This document shows positions 13,276 to 27,400 of a DNA stretch of 64,000 nt, one piece after another. How positions within the stretch are numbered: position 1 is the first letter of the stretch; each line of letters begins with the position of its first letter. This DNA comes from Paramecium tetraurelia (lineage: Eukaryota). The notes under the pieces were generated by a model, which ran no database searches, was not told where the DNA came from, and worked only from the letters and a program-made list of their open reading frames with translations. The stretch lies in the NCBI GenBank assembly GCA_000165425.1, contig CT868052.1:558001-622000 (forward strand). The letters are read 5' to 3'. Both the position numbers and the translations under genes were made by a program.

Positions 13276-14678
13276 TTATATATATAATATTTAAAGATTC
13301 AACATTTCATAAATTGCTTAAATTCTAAAATTTGTCTCAGTATTAAACAGAATAGATACTATAGTAACATTAAATTTATGAATTCTTATTCTTCTTTGAA
13401 ATTCAATTTGCCATTTATCTATTACAAAATATTGAAATTCCATATAAATCAATTGCATTAATCCAACAAAAGTAAAAATTATTGAGTTTAGAATTTGATT
13501 AGAAATAAACCATTATTACAATTCTAACTGAGTTGAATATTAAACAAGTTCTCTATAAATCTTCCCATTTTTTATTGTAATTTTACTCAACTTCGAGATA
13601 ATTATTTTAGTAAATAAATAAATATATTACCAGAATTAATTACATAATATAAGCTTATGTATTAAATTTTCAGAACTATGAAAATGATGAAATAGATTAT
13701 AAGGCCAATTAGAATGTGTACTCCAATAATAGCAACAAATAATTATTTGAACATTTACAATTTGAATTAATTCTTTTTACGGATGTCATTGGAAAATAAT
13801 GATGACGATCTGGAACCCCTTAAAGTAAAAGAAGAACAAAATATTCGTAGGTTAATTAAGAATCTGATATGAGGTGCCCTCAGATGATTGTTTGATTTAT
13901 TCATAAAATCACAGAATTTAATACACAATCTTATCATACTTTGAATTTTAACTTAGCTGATTATATACTAATCTAATATGAAGAAGTATTTAAAATATTC
14001 TCAGCATTTGTTTCTTATATTTCATATTAAAATAGCTCTAATCTAAATTATATATTATTTATTAGATAAAATATTTTTTCCAGAATTTTGCGCAAAATTT
14101 AATCAAATACATATATACCTTTTGATCCAATTCAATATAGTTTAATATTTATCATTCATTAAATTAAATGTATAATTAAAAATAAAATTATAACTTTCTA
14201 TTTATGATACAATTTTAACTTATTAGATTCCCTATAGTAACTTGATATAATTGTCAAATTTTTGCTGTTTATTATCAAGATTTATGTTATTTCTTAAGTG
14301 ATTATCATTAGTAAAAGAATAGTTTATTAAAAAGATAGTAATTTTATTTATTAATATAGAATAAAGAGAAGAAGATAGTACAATTCTAGCTTGCTCTTCA
14401 AGTAGAATTAATTGTGATTTTAAATCAACATACTCAAGGTTAATTAATGAACATAGAAAAATGTAAAATGGGGTATTGTTGATTTAATTAATAATACATC
14501 TAGAAGACTATTTTCTATAGTTTCAAATACTAAAATTATATTTTTTGATGCAATTTTGATGCATATAGGCTTTTGTTTACATTTTCATATAAACCATTGA
14601 ACAACAATATGATCTTTATGCCTTTAACCACACTTAGATATTTGGTTGATCTATAAATGAAAACAATAATTTATCAAA

Positions 14679-15290
14679 TCATAAGAGTAATGGTGATCTT
14701 TTGTTGTACAATCTCTTAATATACCAAATCTGCCATATTGTAACTAAAACTATAAATATAGTTTCAATAACTGTAAAAACATAGATTTTCTTATTGGCTT
14801 CTTTTACTTATTGAGTAGATGATTCATATCTGATTTATTAAAATTTATGATCATAATATAATTCTTAGAGTCCATTATAAATATAATCGATGTCTAATTC
14901 TAAAGGGTCAATATCTGTTGATTTGATTTTATCATCCTTATCTTTAACCACATCAACAGCATAGGTAAGTAATTAATTAGCCTTTTTTTTATTGTTGAAT
15001 ATTATTGAATATAATCCAATCTCAGTTGCTTAAACAGTGAAATTTCCTTTGTTTGTTGCTAACTTTGAATATACTGTTCTTCCAGCAGGGGTTTTTACTG
15101 AAAAGTCAATAACATCTTTGTGATGATTGACTTAATATGCTCCTTTTATTAAGGTTGGTTCTGTTATATTCTCTAATAAAACATCCTCTTAATTTGCTTG
15201 TAAAGTGAAGGTTATAATGTCATCAGGAATAAAATCATAAAAACATTATACACTAACCAAAAACGTGGCATAAATAAATAAGTATTTCAT
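14679..15290 (-). CDS. p24/emp24/TMED family GOLD-domain protein (203 aa)
   Basis: Signal peptide MKYLFIYATFLVSVQC; GOLD-like IDFSVKTPAG...GNFTVQATEIGLYSIIFNN; coiled coil; TM FTVIETIFIVLVTIWQIWYIKRLY; short tail. Intronless, 612 nt. Confidence 0.88.
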
Positions 15291-15313
15291 TATAAAATAA
15301 TTAATTAATTATC

Positions 15314-16462
15314 TCATACAAATTCATTCATTTTGTTAAACATCTTAGGCATTGTCTTATATTCTAATCCAATCTATTTCTTTTGAATTTTTTTCATTGA
15401 ATGTCTTCTAATCAGAAAACCTACTAATATAACCAATAAAATAATAGCAAATATTCCTAAGTAAATATAATACCTATAATCTTGAGGAACGACAGCTGTT
15501 TTGGTTTCTTCATCATTTAAATAATCTTGTTGCCTTTTATTTCTTAAGATTTCTTTTTGAATTATTAATTTTATTAAATTTCTTTCTTCATCACTTAAAT
15601 CATTAACACCATTCTTACTCAGATAATCATCAACTTCTTTCTGAATTTCATCTTCTGTTTTACCTTCCTTTAATAGTTCTCGAATTAATTCTCTAACTTT
15701 TTATCTGTATTATTTCATTTATTCTGTTGGTTGAATTTGCTCTTCCTATTGCTTCACATCATTGATCATTTCATCTAAATTGTTGCCATTTGAATCTATT
15801 AATGTGGAATTAGAAAAGAAGTAATCTATAAATTCTGTTATCTTTTCTCGAATTTTCTCCATAGACAAGCCCTAATCTAAAAATTCTTATATCTAATATT
15901 CTATTTCTTCCAATTCCTATTCATTCTTCTCTTAAATCTATTTATATTCTTATATATCCCATGTTGCTTTGGTACTACGATCAGGATTACTTTAGAAATT
16001 TTCAATTTCTTTATTGATGATTTATAAAACTACTTTACTATTGAATTCTTTCTTAGAATCCATTAGAGTTTAATCTAGATTTTGAGAAATCTTTGTCAAT
16101 ACAATATTCTTATCTGTTATATTTAGCTGGCTAAAATATTCTACATCCTTTTCAAGTCTTAGATGATCTTATTCAGTCTCCTTTTCAAGTTCATCAACCA
16201 TTCCAATTAGAGCAAGGAAAATCTTTTATTTTTCATCGTAAGTAGCATTAGTATAATATTTGAAGCCTTCATTGAATATATAGCCTTCAATTAATTCTAA
16301 TTCATCCCCTTGTTATTAAGTGAGATTGGTTGATATATGTTCGAAAATTTAATCTAATGCTTAATTAGTTTGGTTCCACTTCTCTCCCTTTTATAATGGA
16401 TTTCCTCCTTATTACAAATTTCTTCCATATGCTTAAATAGCAAGAATCAAAAAACTTATCAT
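15314..16462 (-). CDS. Hypothetical type-I membrane protein (382 aa) with acidic helical ectodomain
   Basis: Single open frame of 1149 nt in code 6: N-terminal hydrophobic MISFLILAIQA, C-terminal TM YYIYLGIFAIILLVILVGFLI followed by RR, and tail ...GLEYKTMPKMFNKMNEFV. Confidence 0.75.
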
Positions 16463-16680
16463 ATTTATGATTAATATATTTCTGAAATTAAAAATTACTC
16501 TTTAGAACATACATTATATATAATGTACTATTACTAGGTTAGATAATTTTTGTAAGGAAGAATTTTTCACTCTCTAGTCTTTTGATTATAAATATATTAG
16601 GTATTATTTTAAAAATACAATGATAATGATTATGATAATTTAATTATATATTTAATTTTAATCGTTAAACTGTTTTTACT

Positions 16681-17082
16681 ATGACAAGTGAACTTAGTGA
16701 GGATAGTAGCTTTTATGATCTCAAGTTTCCAAGATCTCTAACTACAAGTGTTAGAAAACAAGGTTAAGAGGACTATTTTTTTGAGTTGAAGGAGAAACAA
16801 AAGCAAATTGAGGATTTGACTTATTAGGTTAAATTGATGGCTGCCAATAATTAAACTGTAAATCTCTAGAACTAGATGCAATAAAGCGAGATAGAAAGGT
16901 TACTTAGATTTATAAATGAGTAATAGAATGAAATGAAAAAAATGGCTTAAAGAGATAATAAAAAACAAATAAATACTAGATCAATCAAAATGCAATTAAT
17001 CAATAAAATGTGTCAATGGGCCAAATAATTTCCATTAGATTAATAAATTTAGTTTGAATAAATAGTTTAAATGATTATATGA
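16681..17082 (+). CDS. Small hypothetical coiled-coil protein (133 aa)
   Basis: Open frame MTSELSEDSSFYDLKFPRS...ELKEKQKQIEDLTYQVKLM...-TGA, 402 nt, preceded by an AT-rich intergenic stretch. Confidence 0.6.
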
Positions 17083-17095
17083 AAATATTTCTAAT

Positions 17096-17909
17096 TCAAA
17101 ATTTTGTCACTAAAAATTATTTTATTAGAAAATGAATTTCTGCCATCATTTCAGTAAATGGCTTCTCTTGTTTTACTGAATTTGCTATTTGTTTCTCTAA
17201 ATTCTCGAATCCCTGAAACTAAAGTTATTGAAAGTTCAAAAATTATCTATGAATTGAATCCTCATCTTCAGCTAAAATATCGATTAAATCGAACATAGAT
17301 TCCTTGATCTACCTTATCAAAAGTATAACTTACTGGTTTTTTATATCTATTTTTAATACGATCCTTTAACCATGCCGAATTTGAAATGGATCTATCCTCG
17401 TTCAAGGTGTATTTCATATTTGGATGACAAAATATCTATTATATAATAGCAATTTACTTGGTTCTTAATATCGAAATACCTCTACACAAATATCATCTCT
17501 ATATTGCAAAGTGTTTGGGTACCAATTATGATGCGATTACTTTTATTGTCATTTTATAGACTTGATTTTTGTTATTCATTAAAAACAGATGCTAATGCAT
17601 TTGCCATAGAAGGTACTAATGGAGGTTTCTATTCATTCAAATAAAATTGATTAGAATTGTTGAATTAAAAGCTTGGTACAGAGATGCCTTAAAAGAATCC
17701 TGGAATTTGCATATTCTCTTTAAAAAGCGAATCATCTTTATAGAACATCACATAATACTTGAATTTTTTATTTGTAATTACGGAATTTGAGAGTTATTAT
17801 ACTCCATCAATGAAGTAGATGGGAAATTATACACTAAGTATGGATATTAGGAAGGTATGTTTTGTTGGTCTTTTTGTTGCGTCTAAATATCAATTGAATC
17901 ATTAAACAT
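17096..17909 (-). CDS. Hypothetical protein (exon structure uncertain)
   Basis: Coding-like composition from ATG 17909 (MFNDSIDIQTQQKDQQNIPSQYPY...) to TGA 17096 with candidate 22-23-nt introns. The frames were not fully reconciled and no motif was recognised. Confidence 0.45.
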
Positions 17910-18303
17910 AATTAATATATAAAATATATGATAAGAAAGTGTACAATGCAGAAAATTGAATAGATATAAACAAATTCTATATTCATTACACCTTCAGTCA
18001 CATCTCTTGCTTGACAACTCTATATGACAATCATCTATCATGTTATCTAATTAAATTTTGATTTGTAATCCGATTGAAGAATTTGTGAAATTGAAATTGA
18101 ACAAAGAATAACGAGTAATGTGTAATAAAAAATTTGTTGACTCTCGCATAATATAAAAGTGCCTTAAAATTTCTGTAAAATTGGCAGAATATAAAATTAT
18201 TAATCCATGCAATCATGATTTATTAATCAATTTATGTAGGATTTGTATTGAAATGAAGCATTTGATTCTCATATATAATATTTTGACATACAATTATATT
18301 GAT

Positions 18304-21300
18304 TCAATCAGCTTTCTAATTTGAAATTATACCCTATCCCAAATACTCACATATAACATCAAATTTATCTGCTGCTGCATATAGTTTTTCTTTGAATGGT
18401 TTTGTTTCCTTCGATGCTTCAATAAATTCTTATTTTCTTTTGAAAAACATCTATGTGTCTTATGGACAAAGGAGACAGGCTCTTTCACTAAGAAGATATA
18501 ATAAACATTTATCTTACGTATGAATGCAATGTTCGTGATAGGAATGGCCACAAAGAAAATGATAAGAAGGTAAACTCAAAATGGCATCGCAACAATTACA
18601 TTTAGTTGATTAGAATACTTTAGCTTGTGTCTTTAATTTCTTGTATTCTGCTCTCAAATCGGCTGCTTTCTTCATTTTCTCCTTTACAACTTTTTAATAG
18701 TCATCAATTTGTTTTTTATCTTTTGATATTTTATTAGTGAAATAGTTCTTGACTAATTTAAAATTAACATTTTTATTTTTAGACAAGATGTTTAAAATAA
18801 GCAAAGGTGAAAGATTTTCTAAACTACTCACTAACACTAGAACCTTTTCAATGTAATTCTCAGCACTATTCTCTGGCTTAGCAAAATACTTCAATGCTTA
18901 TATCCACAGATTTGTCTCTTCTCTTCCATATTCACTGCATAAATTAATGATTTAATCATTCTCCTTCAGACTAATGTAAAAGTTTAATAACTCTTCTCTC
19001 ATTTGTAACTTTTTCAATAGGAAAATAATGCCTGGAACAAAATTGTACATTTTAAACAATACTAATAAGTGATTCTTATCATATTTCTTTTCATTTTCTT
19101 GGTTTTCCAACAATTTCATAATACCTTATTCTTTGCTCTACAATTAGTTATCTCTAATCCCTATCTTACTCTCATCTTTATAAAATAATTGATATTTCTC
19201 TAAATGGTATTCAAAGTATCGATGGAATATGGCTTTTTCATTTGGTAATGTTTTGCAATTTTCAATTAAGAATTTCAAATAGCTTTCTAAATATTCATCG
19301 TTAACCACAAATAAGTGTAAGAATTCATCTGGTTTACCAAATGTTATAGAAAATACCTTTTTGATCTCCTCATCTGATAAATTGAAATATCTCCATACTT
19401 TCAATTCCTCAGGAGTCAAAATACTAATTGATTCAATTCCTTTTTGTGAGTCTACCCTTTTTTTCAAATTTTACACCATACTAATAAGTAAAACTAAATT
19501 TTGGATAATTTCAAGACATAATTCTGGCTCAGCCTTCATTAATTATTGTCCAAATTCTTTCAAATATTAAGCCTAATCAATTGGTAATTATTATTACTTT
19601 TTCATCCAATTAGATTTCTTCTCTTATATACATCAAAGCACTCTTACAATCTTACCTATTCTATTCCTTATTATTCTAATCTTTGTTTGTCTCAATGAGG
19701 ATACTCAGATAAGCTTCATTTTTTTATCTAGACTTAGCTAATCTGAGAGCCAAATCTATATGGCCTAATTATCTGCATTCTTTGATAGCAGTATCAATAT
19801 CAAATAGATCTGAATCGAAACTAGATTCCTTAAGAAATTCTTCGAGTTTAGTGATCTATTTCTGTTTGACATAACAATTCAACAATAAGGCTGTATGATT
19901 TTTGTCTGCTTACTTTTCGTGATGCAATGCTGCTAAATACTAAATCAAGAAATCAACATGTGAAACATCTAAAAACTTCCCAATTACATACGAGGGTTCT
20001 AGAATGCCTGCAGTATTGATGTATTATTTGATTGCACCTTGAAAATCATGTTAATCATATAAATGATCACCATGCAATCTACTGATTTCGGCTAATAGAG
20101 TCTTATCCGATGATTAGTTGCTAGCGAATCTATACATAACATCAAAATAATTATTTTTAAAAAAGATCTCAATTTTATGAGTATTTTCTTTTTCTGTTAA
20201 CCTTATCAAGTTTTTCTCACCTCTATTATTTTGTGTAATAACATAGAGATAATCGCCAACTGGAATAAATCTTTGAATCTTATCAAATTTCTTATAATAT
20301 GCAATATAATTGTTTAGAAGGTCAAAGATAGTTAATTACACAGATTAATCAACCTATTCTTTGTCTTATCTTGGTGAGATCAACATAATTAAGTAATTTT
20401 ATTTGAAAAATCTAACTTCGATTTTATCACCATCTACATTCCAAGTAGCTTCCTTTTTAGTATCACTATATTCAACTATGGTAGATGTATCATCTTTCGG
20501 ACATCCGATTAGAGTTCCTTTAGCTGTCAAATCAAATAGAGCTCCAGCAGGGATAGAGAATTTCTTTCTATTTTGCATATTTTGAAAGCAGATGATGTTA
20601 GAGTCAGTAGTACAAAACAAATTGAGATTTTGATCTTGCCTACTGAGATGGACAGATTTTATTGGTTCTTAATCAGTTTAAATGATTTAATCTTTGAATT
20701 CCATAGTCATTAGATTTTATGTTTTGGCCTTGAAGATCAAGATTTAGCCATCTTGCAAACCAAAGGCCATAGCACTTAAGTCCTTAGCTATACAAAAGCA
20801 ATTGAAATTCTATAATGGTTAGCCGACCTTATTAACCAAGATAACTTTAATAGGTTCTAGGAATTTATTATAATAAATTTACTTATATTTTGATAGTCGG
20901 TTGTGTTTGGATCCCAAAATTTGACATAGCTGCTTTTTTAGTTGTTTTCGCTATCAATACCGAAGGTGACTAGCTTTCCCTATTAAAAACATGAATTATT
21001 GTTTATTACATCTCTATTTTCTTTAGTGCATTTCATAACTCTGAAGGATTCATTGTGAGGTTGGAAGTATCCTTGAATGGAATTGGCTTCATACACGTAA
21101 ATAAGATTTTTGGACTGAGATGAGAGGAATAGTTTGGTGCCAATTCCACATCCATCAGATATGCCAATGTCATTTAAGGTTGGGGCTGTAGGGTCTCCAC
21201 TAAAATAAATTGATGAATGTTGGGTACTTAGCTCTTTGATCTTGAATGTTTTCTTAATTAAAAAATTAAAATTTCTTGACCTATTCAACTTCTGTCTATC

Positions 21301-21304
21301 TCAT
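18304..21304 (-). CDS. VPS11: Vacuolar protein sorting 11 (HOPS/CORVET core subunit)
   Basis: N-terminal KKFQFF; clathrin-repeat region HGDHLYDQHDFQGAIKQYINTAGILEPSYVIGKFLD...YLAALH...HTALLLNCYVK; C-terminal RING KVFQSTKCNCC...LPSYHFLCGHSYHEHC...CLLC; ends FDVICEYLGQG. Several short introns. Confidence 0.93.
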
Positions 21305-21422
21305 TCTAATTAATTTAATATTTATTATTTAGTATTATTTTGCAAGAGAAAATGCATTCTATAAATAAGAATGATTATTAAAAAAATCAAGATTTCTGTA
21401 ATAAAAAATATATTAATAAAAT
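21305..21422. promoter_or_regulatory. 118-bp divergent intergenic region between VPS11 and VPS13 (putative bidirectional promoter)
   Basis: Head-to-head ATGs at 21304 (-) and 21423 (+); AT-rich with a central ATGCAT. Confidence 0.5.
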
Positions 21423-24400
21423 ATGTTTGAATCATTACTTGAAAAAGTATTGAATTCCGTATTGGGATAATTCATAGAAGGATTTGATGCCTAAAATCTC
21501 CACATCGGTATTTGGAGTGGAGAGGTGATCATATCCAACGTTTCGCTAAAAGCAGACATCATCAAAATGCTGGAATTGCCAATCAGACTTTGTTTTAGTC
21601 ACATCGGAAAATTGAAACTAAATGTAATTCTAACTACAAAAACTATATATAGGTGCCATGGAAGTCATTAACCAGTTCACCTGTGGAAGTGATGTTAACA
21701 GATTTATACCTGATCTTATCAGCAGATCATCCTGATTTATGGTAATATATGAATTATGCTGGCTTTAAAAAGAAGATGGAGATCCTAGATAAACTCAAGG
21801 ATTCCATCATTCAAAATATTAATGATAAATCTAAATCAAAAGATGACAAAGAGGATGGATATGTGAAAAAACTTGTCTTGAAGATTATCGATAACTTATA
21901 ACTGAGCATATCAAATATCCATATTAGATTTGAAGATACAATCAAGAATGAATTTGCATGGGGATTTTCAATCAAAGCTATTGAAACCTTCACTTGCAAT
22001 TCTGAATGGAAAAAATAATATTTCGATCGAACCAAAGAAGAAAACGTATACTAAATTATTATTTATTTCTTAGAAAAAAGTTCCTCTGCAAAAACTATTA
22101 ACGTTGGTCAATATTGGAGCCTATTGGAATTAACATGAGAAAAGGTTTTTGAATTCATAGGATAAAGAAGTAATTCTTAGAGAAATGGATGAGATGATCA
22201 TATCTACCCAAGATCCCAAGTCTCATCCAAAATACGGTTAATTTGTCTTACTGTTAAATGCCTAAGGGAGATTATTTTAGAATACTTCTGGAAAGTTCGA
22301 TTCTCCAGAGTTTTCCTTATCTATTGAATTGAGTGGCATCGATGTAGCCTTAGAAAATTTATAACTCCAATAAATAATAAGAATGGCTGAACTCTTTTCG
22401 TTGTATCAAAATAGATTGAACAAATAAAAGAAGTAGAGATTATAACTATCAAACTAATAAATTGAAGATTAAAAGTTATTATTTATTGGTTTATATGAAA
22501 AAATACTCAGGTCTCCTGATTAGAGTATTAAAGCCTTGAGTAAAGACGAAAACGAACTGTTTGAATAATCAGTAAGTAATTTAAGCATAGAAATATTATG
22601 TGAGACCGCCAAGGAAATGATTAAGGTGGTTCAGAAAGAATTAGCTATTAAAGAAGCTGAGGAGAAGAAAAAGAAATCAGGAGGATGGTTTAGTTGGGGC
22701 AAGAAAAAGGAATCGGATTTGTTGGATCAAAAGGAGAAGGATGAATTAACTTCCTTTATTGATCAATTGGCAGACTTCTAGGACATTAAAGATATAAGAA
22801 GACCACCCGATTATGTTTGGCTGTCTGTCATATTTTCTTTGAAAACAGGATCTGTGCATATTCTCAAACAGTTTGATACTAAGAGGGAAGGTATCTAATT
22901 GACATATTCTGGATTTGATGGAAGTTTTGAAATGAAGGATAGTGGAATGCTTATGAAAATGGGATTATAATTTATTGGAATCGATATAGTGACAGAACCA
23001 ATTTAATAGGGAATTGTGTTTTACAGTGAATAAAAGAGAATAGCATTTTTAGAATAAATAAACAACTAGAAGTTTATAGATTTCACATTTGAGACAAATC
23101 CATCTCATCATAAAGGAGTTGATAAATACATCAAGTTGGAAACAGGAGCATTGAAATTGATATTCAACCCAATAGTGATGGTCAGAATACAGTAATTTAC
23201 AGATTTCTAGGTGAGAGATGAAACTCTGAAAAATGCTGCTTGGGATCAAATGGAAATAGCCTAAGATTTGGCTGCCTAATAGATGGCATAATCATAATTG
23301 TCTCCATCTATTTTATTTATTGATATGAAAATCAAATCCACAATTGTTTTGGTGCCACTTCCAAATACTCAAGAAAATTGGTTACTCAATATCGGTGATG
23401 TTTCCATTATTACACCAAGAATAGATGAATTACATTATGATAATTTTGAGATTTCATTGCAAGATTTCACATTCAAACATTACAATTAGATTGATTAATG
23501 TCATCGATCCATTTAATAAGGAATTTTTCTGGAGAATGTGGACGGATCATACAGCATCATTTAGAACATAAGAGTAGTAATAAGAGCTTAAATTTTGAGA
23601 GGTAGTTCTAAGCCTCCAAAAGAATTGCCTTCAATTATTATTGATGGAGAATTACCTTAATTAGATGTTTTTATAAATCCAAGTATCTATACTAGAATCT
23701 TAAAAATTGGAGAATGCTTTGTTGAACCAATAAGGGAAACCGAAGAAGTCATAAGAAAATAAACTAAATTATCAATAGAAAATGTTTAGACGGAAAGAAC
23801 TGCATTGATGGAATCAGCAACTAAAGTAGGAAAGATTTGGAAAAGAGGTTAATTATTAACATGGAGTTAATATACAGGAGTGTTGAGTGGTGGATACATT
23901 TATTTATTTGCTAAACCTAAAGATCAGTTGCCTGAATTTCATTTCTGGATTAGAAATAGTGATTTCATTGATGTTAGTGAATAGGAAGTAGGAATGAATA
24001 ATGCTTTCTACATTAAGAATAAGTATGGGGATACCCTTGTTGCATTTGATAAACCAAAGATGGCCAATGATTGGAAGGAGGCAATTGAACTCTTAAGGAC
24101 TATGCCTAGAGTTGAGAAAGAAAAAGAGAATGATGAAGTAGCAAAAGTATAAAGTGAGAAAACCTAAGAAAGTAGACCAATGAATTTTAAATTTGTATTA
24201 AAGGGTTTTGGGGCACACTTGCAAGATGAGAAATAATAAGATTGGTTTAATGTTGTGATCAGTGGATTGAATGCTGGTGCTAATCTATTTGATGGATCCA
24301 TAAATCTTGATTTGAAATTAAGAGACTTGTATGTCACTGATAGTGTGTAGAAGTACATGAACCCATTGCTTAAGTACATAGTTAAATCTGATCCTGATCC

Positions 24401-27400
24401 AGAATCTAACGAATTAATTAACATTAATGTGCAATAGATTAGTAATAAGGACAAACGATATAATAAGAAGAACCTGATTATAGGTGTAACATTTGGATCA
24501 TTGTCAGTTATTGCCAAACCTCTAGTTGTAGCTAAGTTATTAGTCTTTATAACTCCTACTGATAATTAGGCAGAGGATATGCAGACTTATTAAGGAAAAG
24601 ACGTTGAGAAATAGTAATAGGACTAAGCTAAAAAAGAATTGGAAAATAATTCACAACATTAGAATGTGAATTTCGATAACATGCAGGATATTATCCTCAT
24701 GGATGTCAGTGTAAAAATTAGGAGTATTAATGCTATCTTGGTTCATAGATTCACAACTCTACCATTGGCAGAGGCTAAAATTGAAAATACTGAAATTGGG
24801 TTAATCAAGTATGTAGATGAAATGTAATTGAATGGATCTCTTGGTAATCTGCAATTGTTTGATCTTACAAATTATCCAAATACTTTAAGCAAAGAGTCTG
24901 AATACACTCTGATTAATCCGAAATAAATGATTGGAGTTAAGCATCAACAACAGTCCTTATTGAAGGTTAAATTAAATTTATTTAGTGAAGGATCCAAAAA
25001 GATTATCAACAATGTTAATATAATAATCAATGTAGATATGAGTTAATTAATCATTCACGTAATGATGTAACCCGTATTAAGATTGCTCGATTACACTTTA
25101 TAACAACTATTGTTTGCCTTATCCAATCCAAAGTAAACCATAAATCCAATTGTAAAACAGAAGGAAGTAGAACTTGATCAAGAAATTGATTAATATCATT
25201 AAACTAGAGCTTAAACAAAAAAAGCATAGACAATTTTATTGTCAGAAGATGAAACGGCTTATTTGAATAAGCAATTGTAAAATCCACCTGCAATGCAACT
25301 AAATGTAGTCATTAATAATCCTCAAGTTATTTTAAAACCAAATCAGGAAAGTAATGCTGCAATGGTAATCGATCTTGGCACAATACTTGTATCAAATTAA
25401 AGAAGGAAGGTCACAAACAGAATTGTAACAAAAGACTAACAATTTCCTGTATGGGTTGATGTGTTTATATTGAATATGAAAGACATATAATTATATCAAT
25501 AGAATGGATAAAATAAAAGGGAATTTAGTTTGCCTTTTGATTTCAATATTAGTGTTGAGATTTTTGGAATGTTATAACAATATTAACTATTCTATCCAAA
25601 AATAAAATTTGATGAGAAATTAATTATCAATTGCTTCATTGCCCCAATGATTTTGTAAATGACACATTCAGATTATATGTTTTTGATGAAATGTTTATTT
25701 CACAACATCGCTTATGATGATGGATTTGATAATATGATCAGAAACAATCACCCCTAATATTTCCAAGCTTTCTTTGAATAACAGAAGCAGTAAGAGATTA
25801 AACTCAAGGAGATGCTCCTAACTAAAAATAGTGATGCCTAACTATCATTCTAATTGGATTTAGAGAATTTTAGCATATTTCTATTAAAGGATATCCAACC
25901 TAAACCCACGCCCTTTCTGAGAATGATGCTCATAATGATGAGGGTTTCATTTTAGAAGTGTAATAATGGATCTGCCATAGTGGACCTTAAGATAAGAGAT
26001 TTGGAAGGCTCCAATTTTGTTTTGGAGAAAACTGGATTATTTAATGAGTTGCCTTTTATTGGTAGTATGAATATTCAATAGACATATTCTTATGAACAAG
26101 TTACTAATTTAAATGGATTGGTAAGAGGTAGATAAGGGACCTTGAGTAATGCAAATTAGATTTTGAATATGGCATCACGCGGATTGTTAAGTTAAGGACA
26201 ATAAAGACAATTGATATTCAAGTTCGAAGATGCCTATCAACAGATTGAAGATAAACCACAATATAAATTAGAATTTAACCTTTAAATGAAAATAACTGGT
26301 GATAAAGTGATCGAAATTGAATTATCAGATTTCAAGTTATAATTACATGCTGGCCCACTTTTTGAAGTCTTGGCACTGATAGCTATGGATGATCCTGAAT
26401 TGACACCAAGTCCTGGAAAATATGTAGTTGCTTAATAATAAATATAATAAGGTATTTAACAATAGCAGGATTAAATATAACCGGCTTAGGAGCCATAATA
26501 AGGTAGTTTGTAGATCACTGTCAACTTAAAAAATGTAATTACTTGCATACCAACTTAAATAGAATAGAATGTGTTGACTATAAGAGGAATTTTTGAAATA
26601 AAAATGAAGATGGCTCCTCAAAGATCACTTAAAGATATAGAAAAGGAAATCAAATAAAATGATATTCCTGAAAATCGTTGGCATGAGTTAAATGAAACTA
26701 TGAGAATTGAAGCTAATTTAAAAAGATTGGAGATCTTTCTTTGTAAGAGCTATGATTTAAGTAAGAAGGATGACTTTAAGTAGGTGAAGAAGAGAGAAAT
26801 CTTAAATCCAATTGATTTAGAAGTTATTTTGAGCAAATCATCAGTGATATTATAAAACTTTTAAGGTTTTGCTGAATTGACTGATTTGAGGGGAAGTATA
26901 ACTCCAATAAATTTAAAGGTTTCCTTCTAAGATCTTTATACTATCAAGGAAGGCTTAAATTACTAATTGAGTCAAATGCCTAAATAACCTGAATAATAAT
27001 AACAATTGTAACAATAAGGTATAAATTAAGAAAAGAAAAACGAGGAAATTTCTTAATTGGATGCTTCTCACTTAAATAAAATGTAATTGAGTGCAGTCAA
27101 AATTGACTTGGATATAGAAAAAACAAAAATAATTGTCTTGAATGATATGGGTAATTGCTATTCACCATTATTTGATTATGAGATGGATACAATTAAAGTG
27201 ACACTAGACAAAAATAATCTATTTCTCAAAATTTCAATTACATTGCCATTTAAATTGAGTAATTTCAATCCTTTGTGTTCAAAATGGGAGCCTATCATTG
27301 AAAACACTGGATTTTAAATAGAAATATTTTAAAGTTATATCTAAGGTTTGGGAGGAGATATAAGCAACTTGATCACCATTGAGTAAATGAAAGATTTTGA

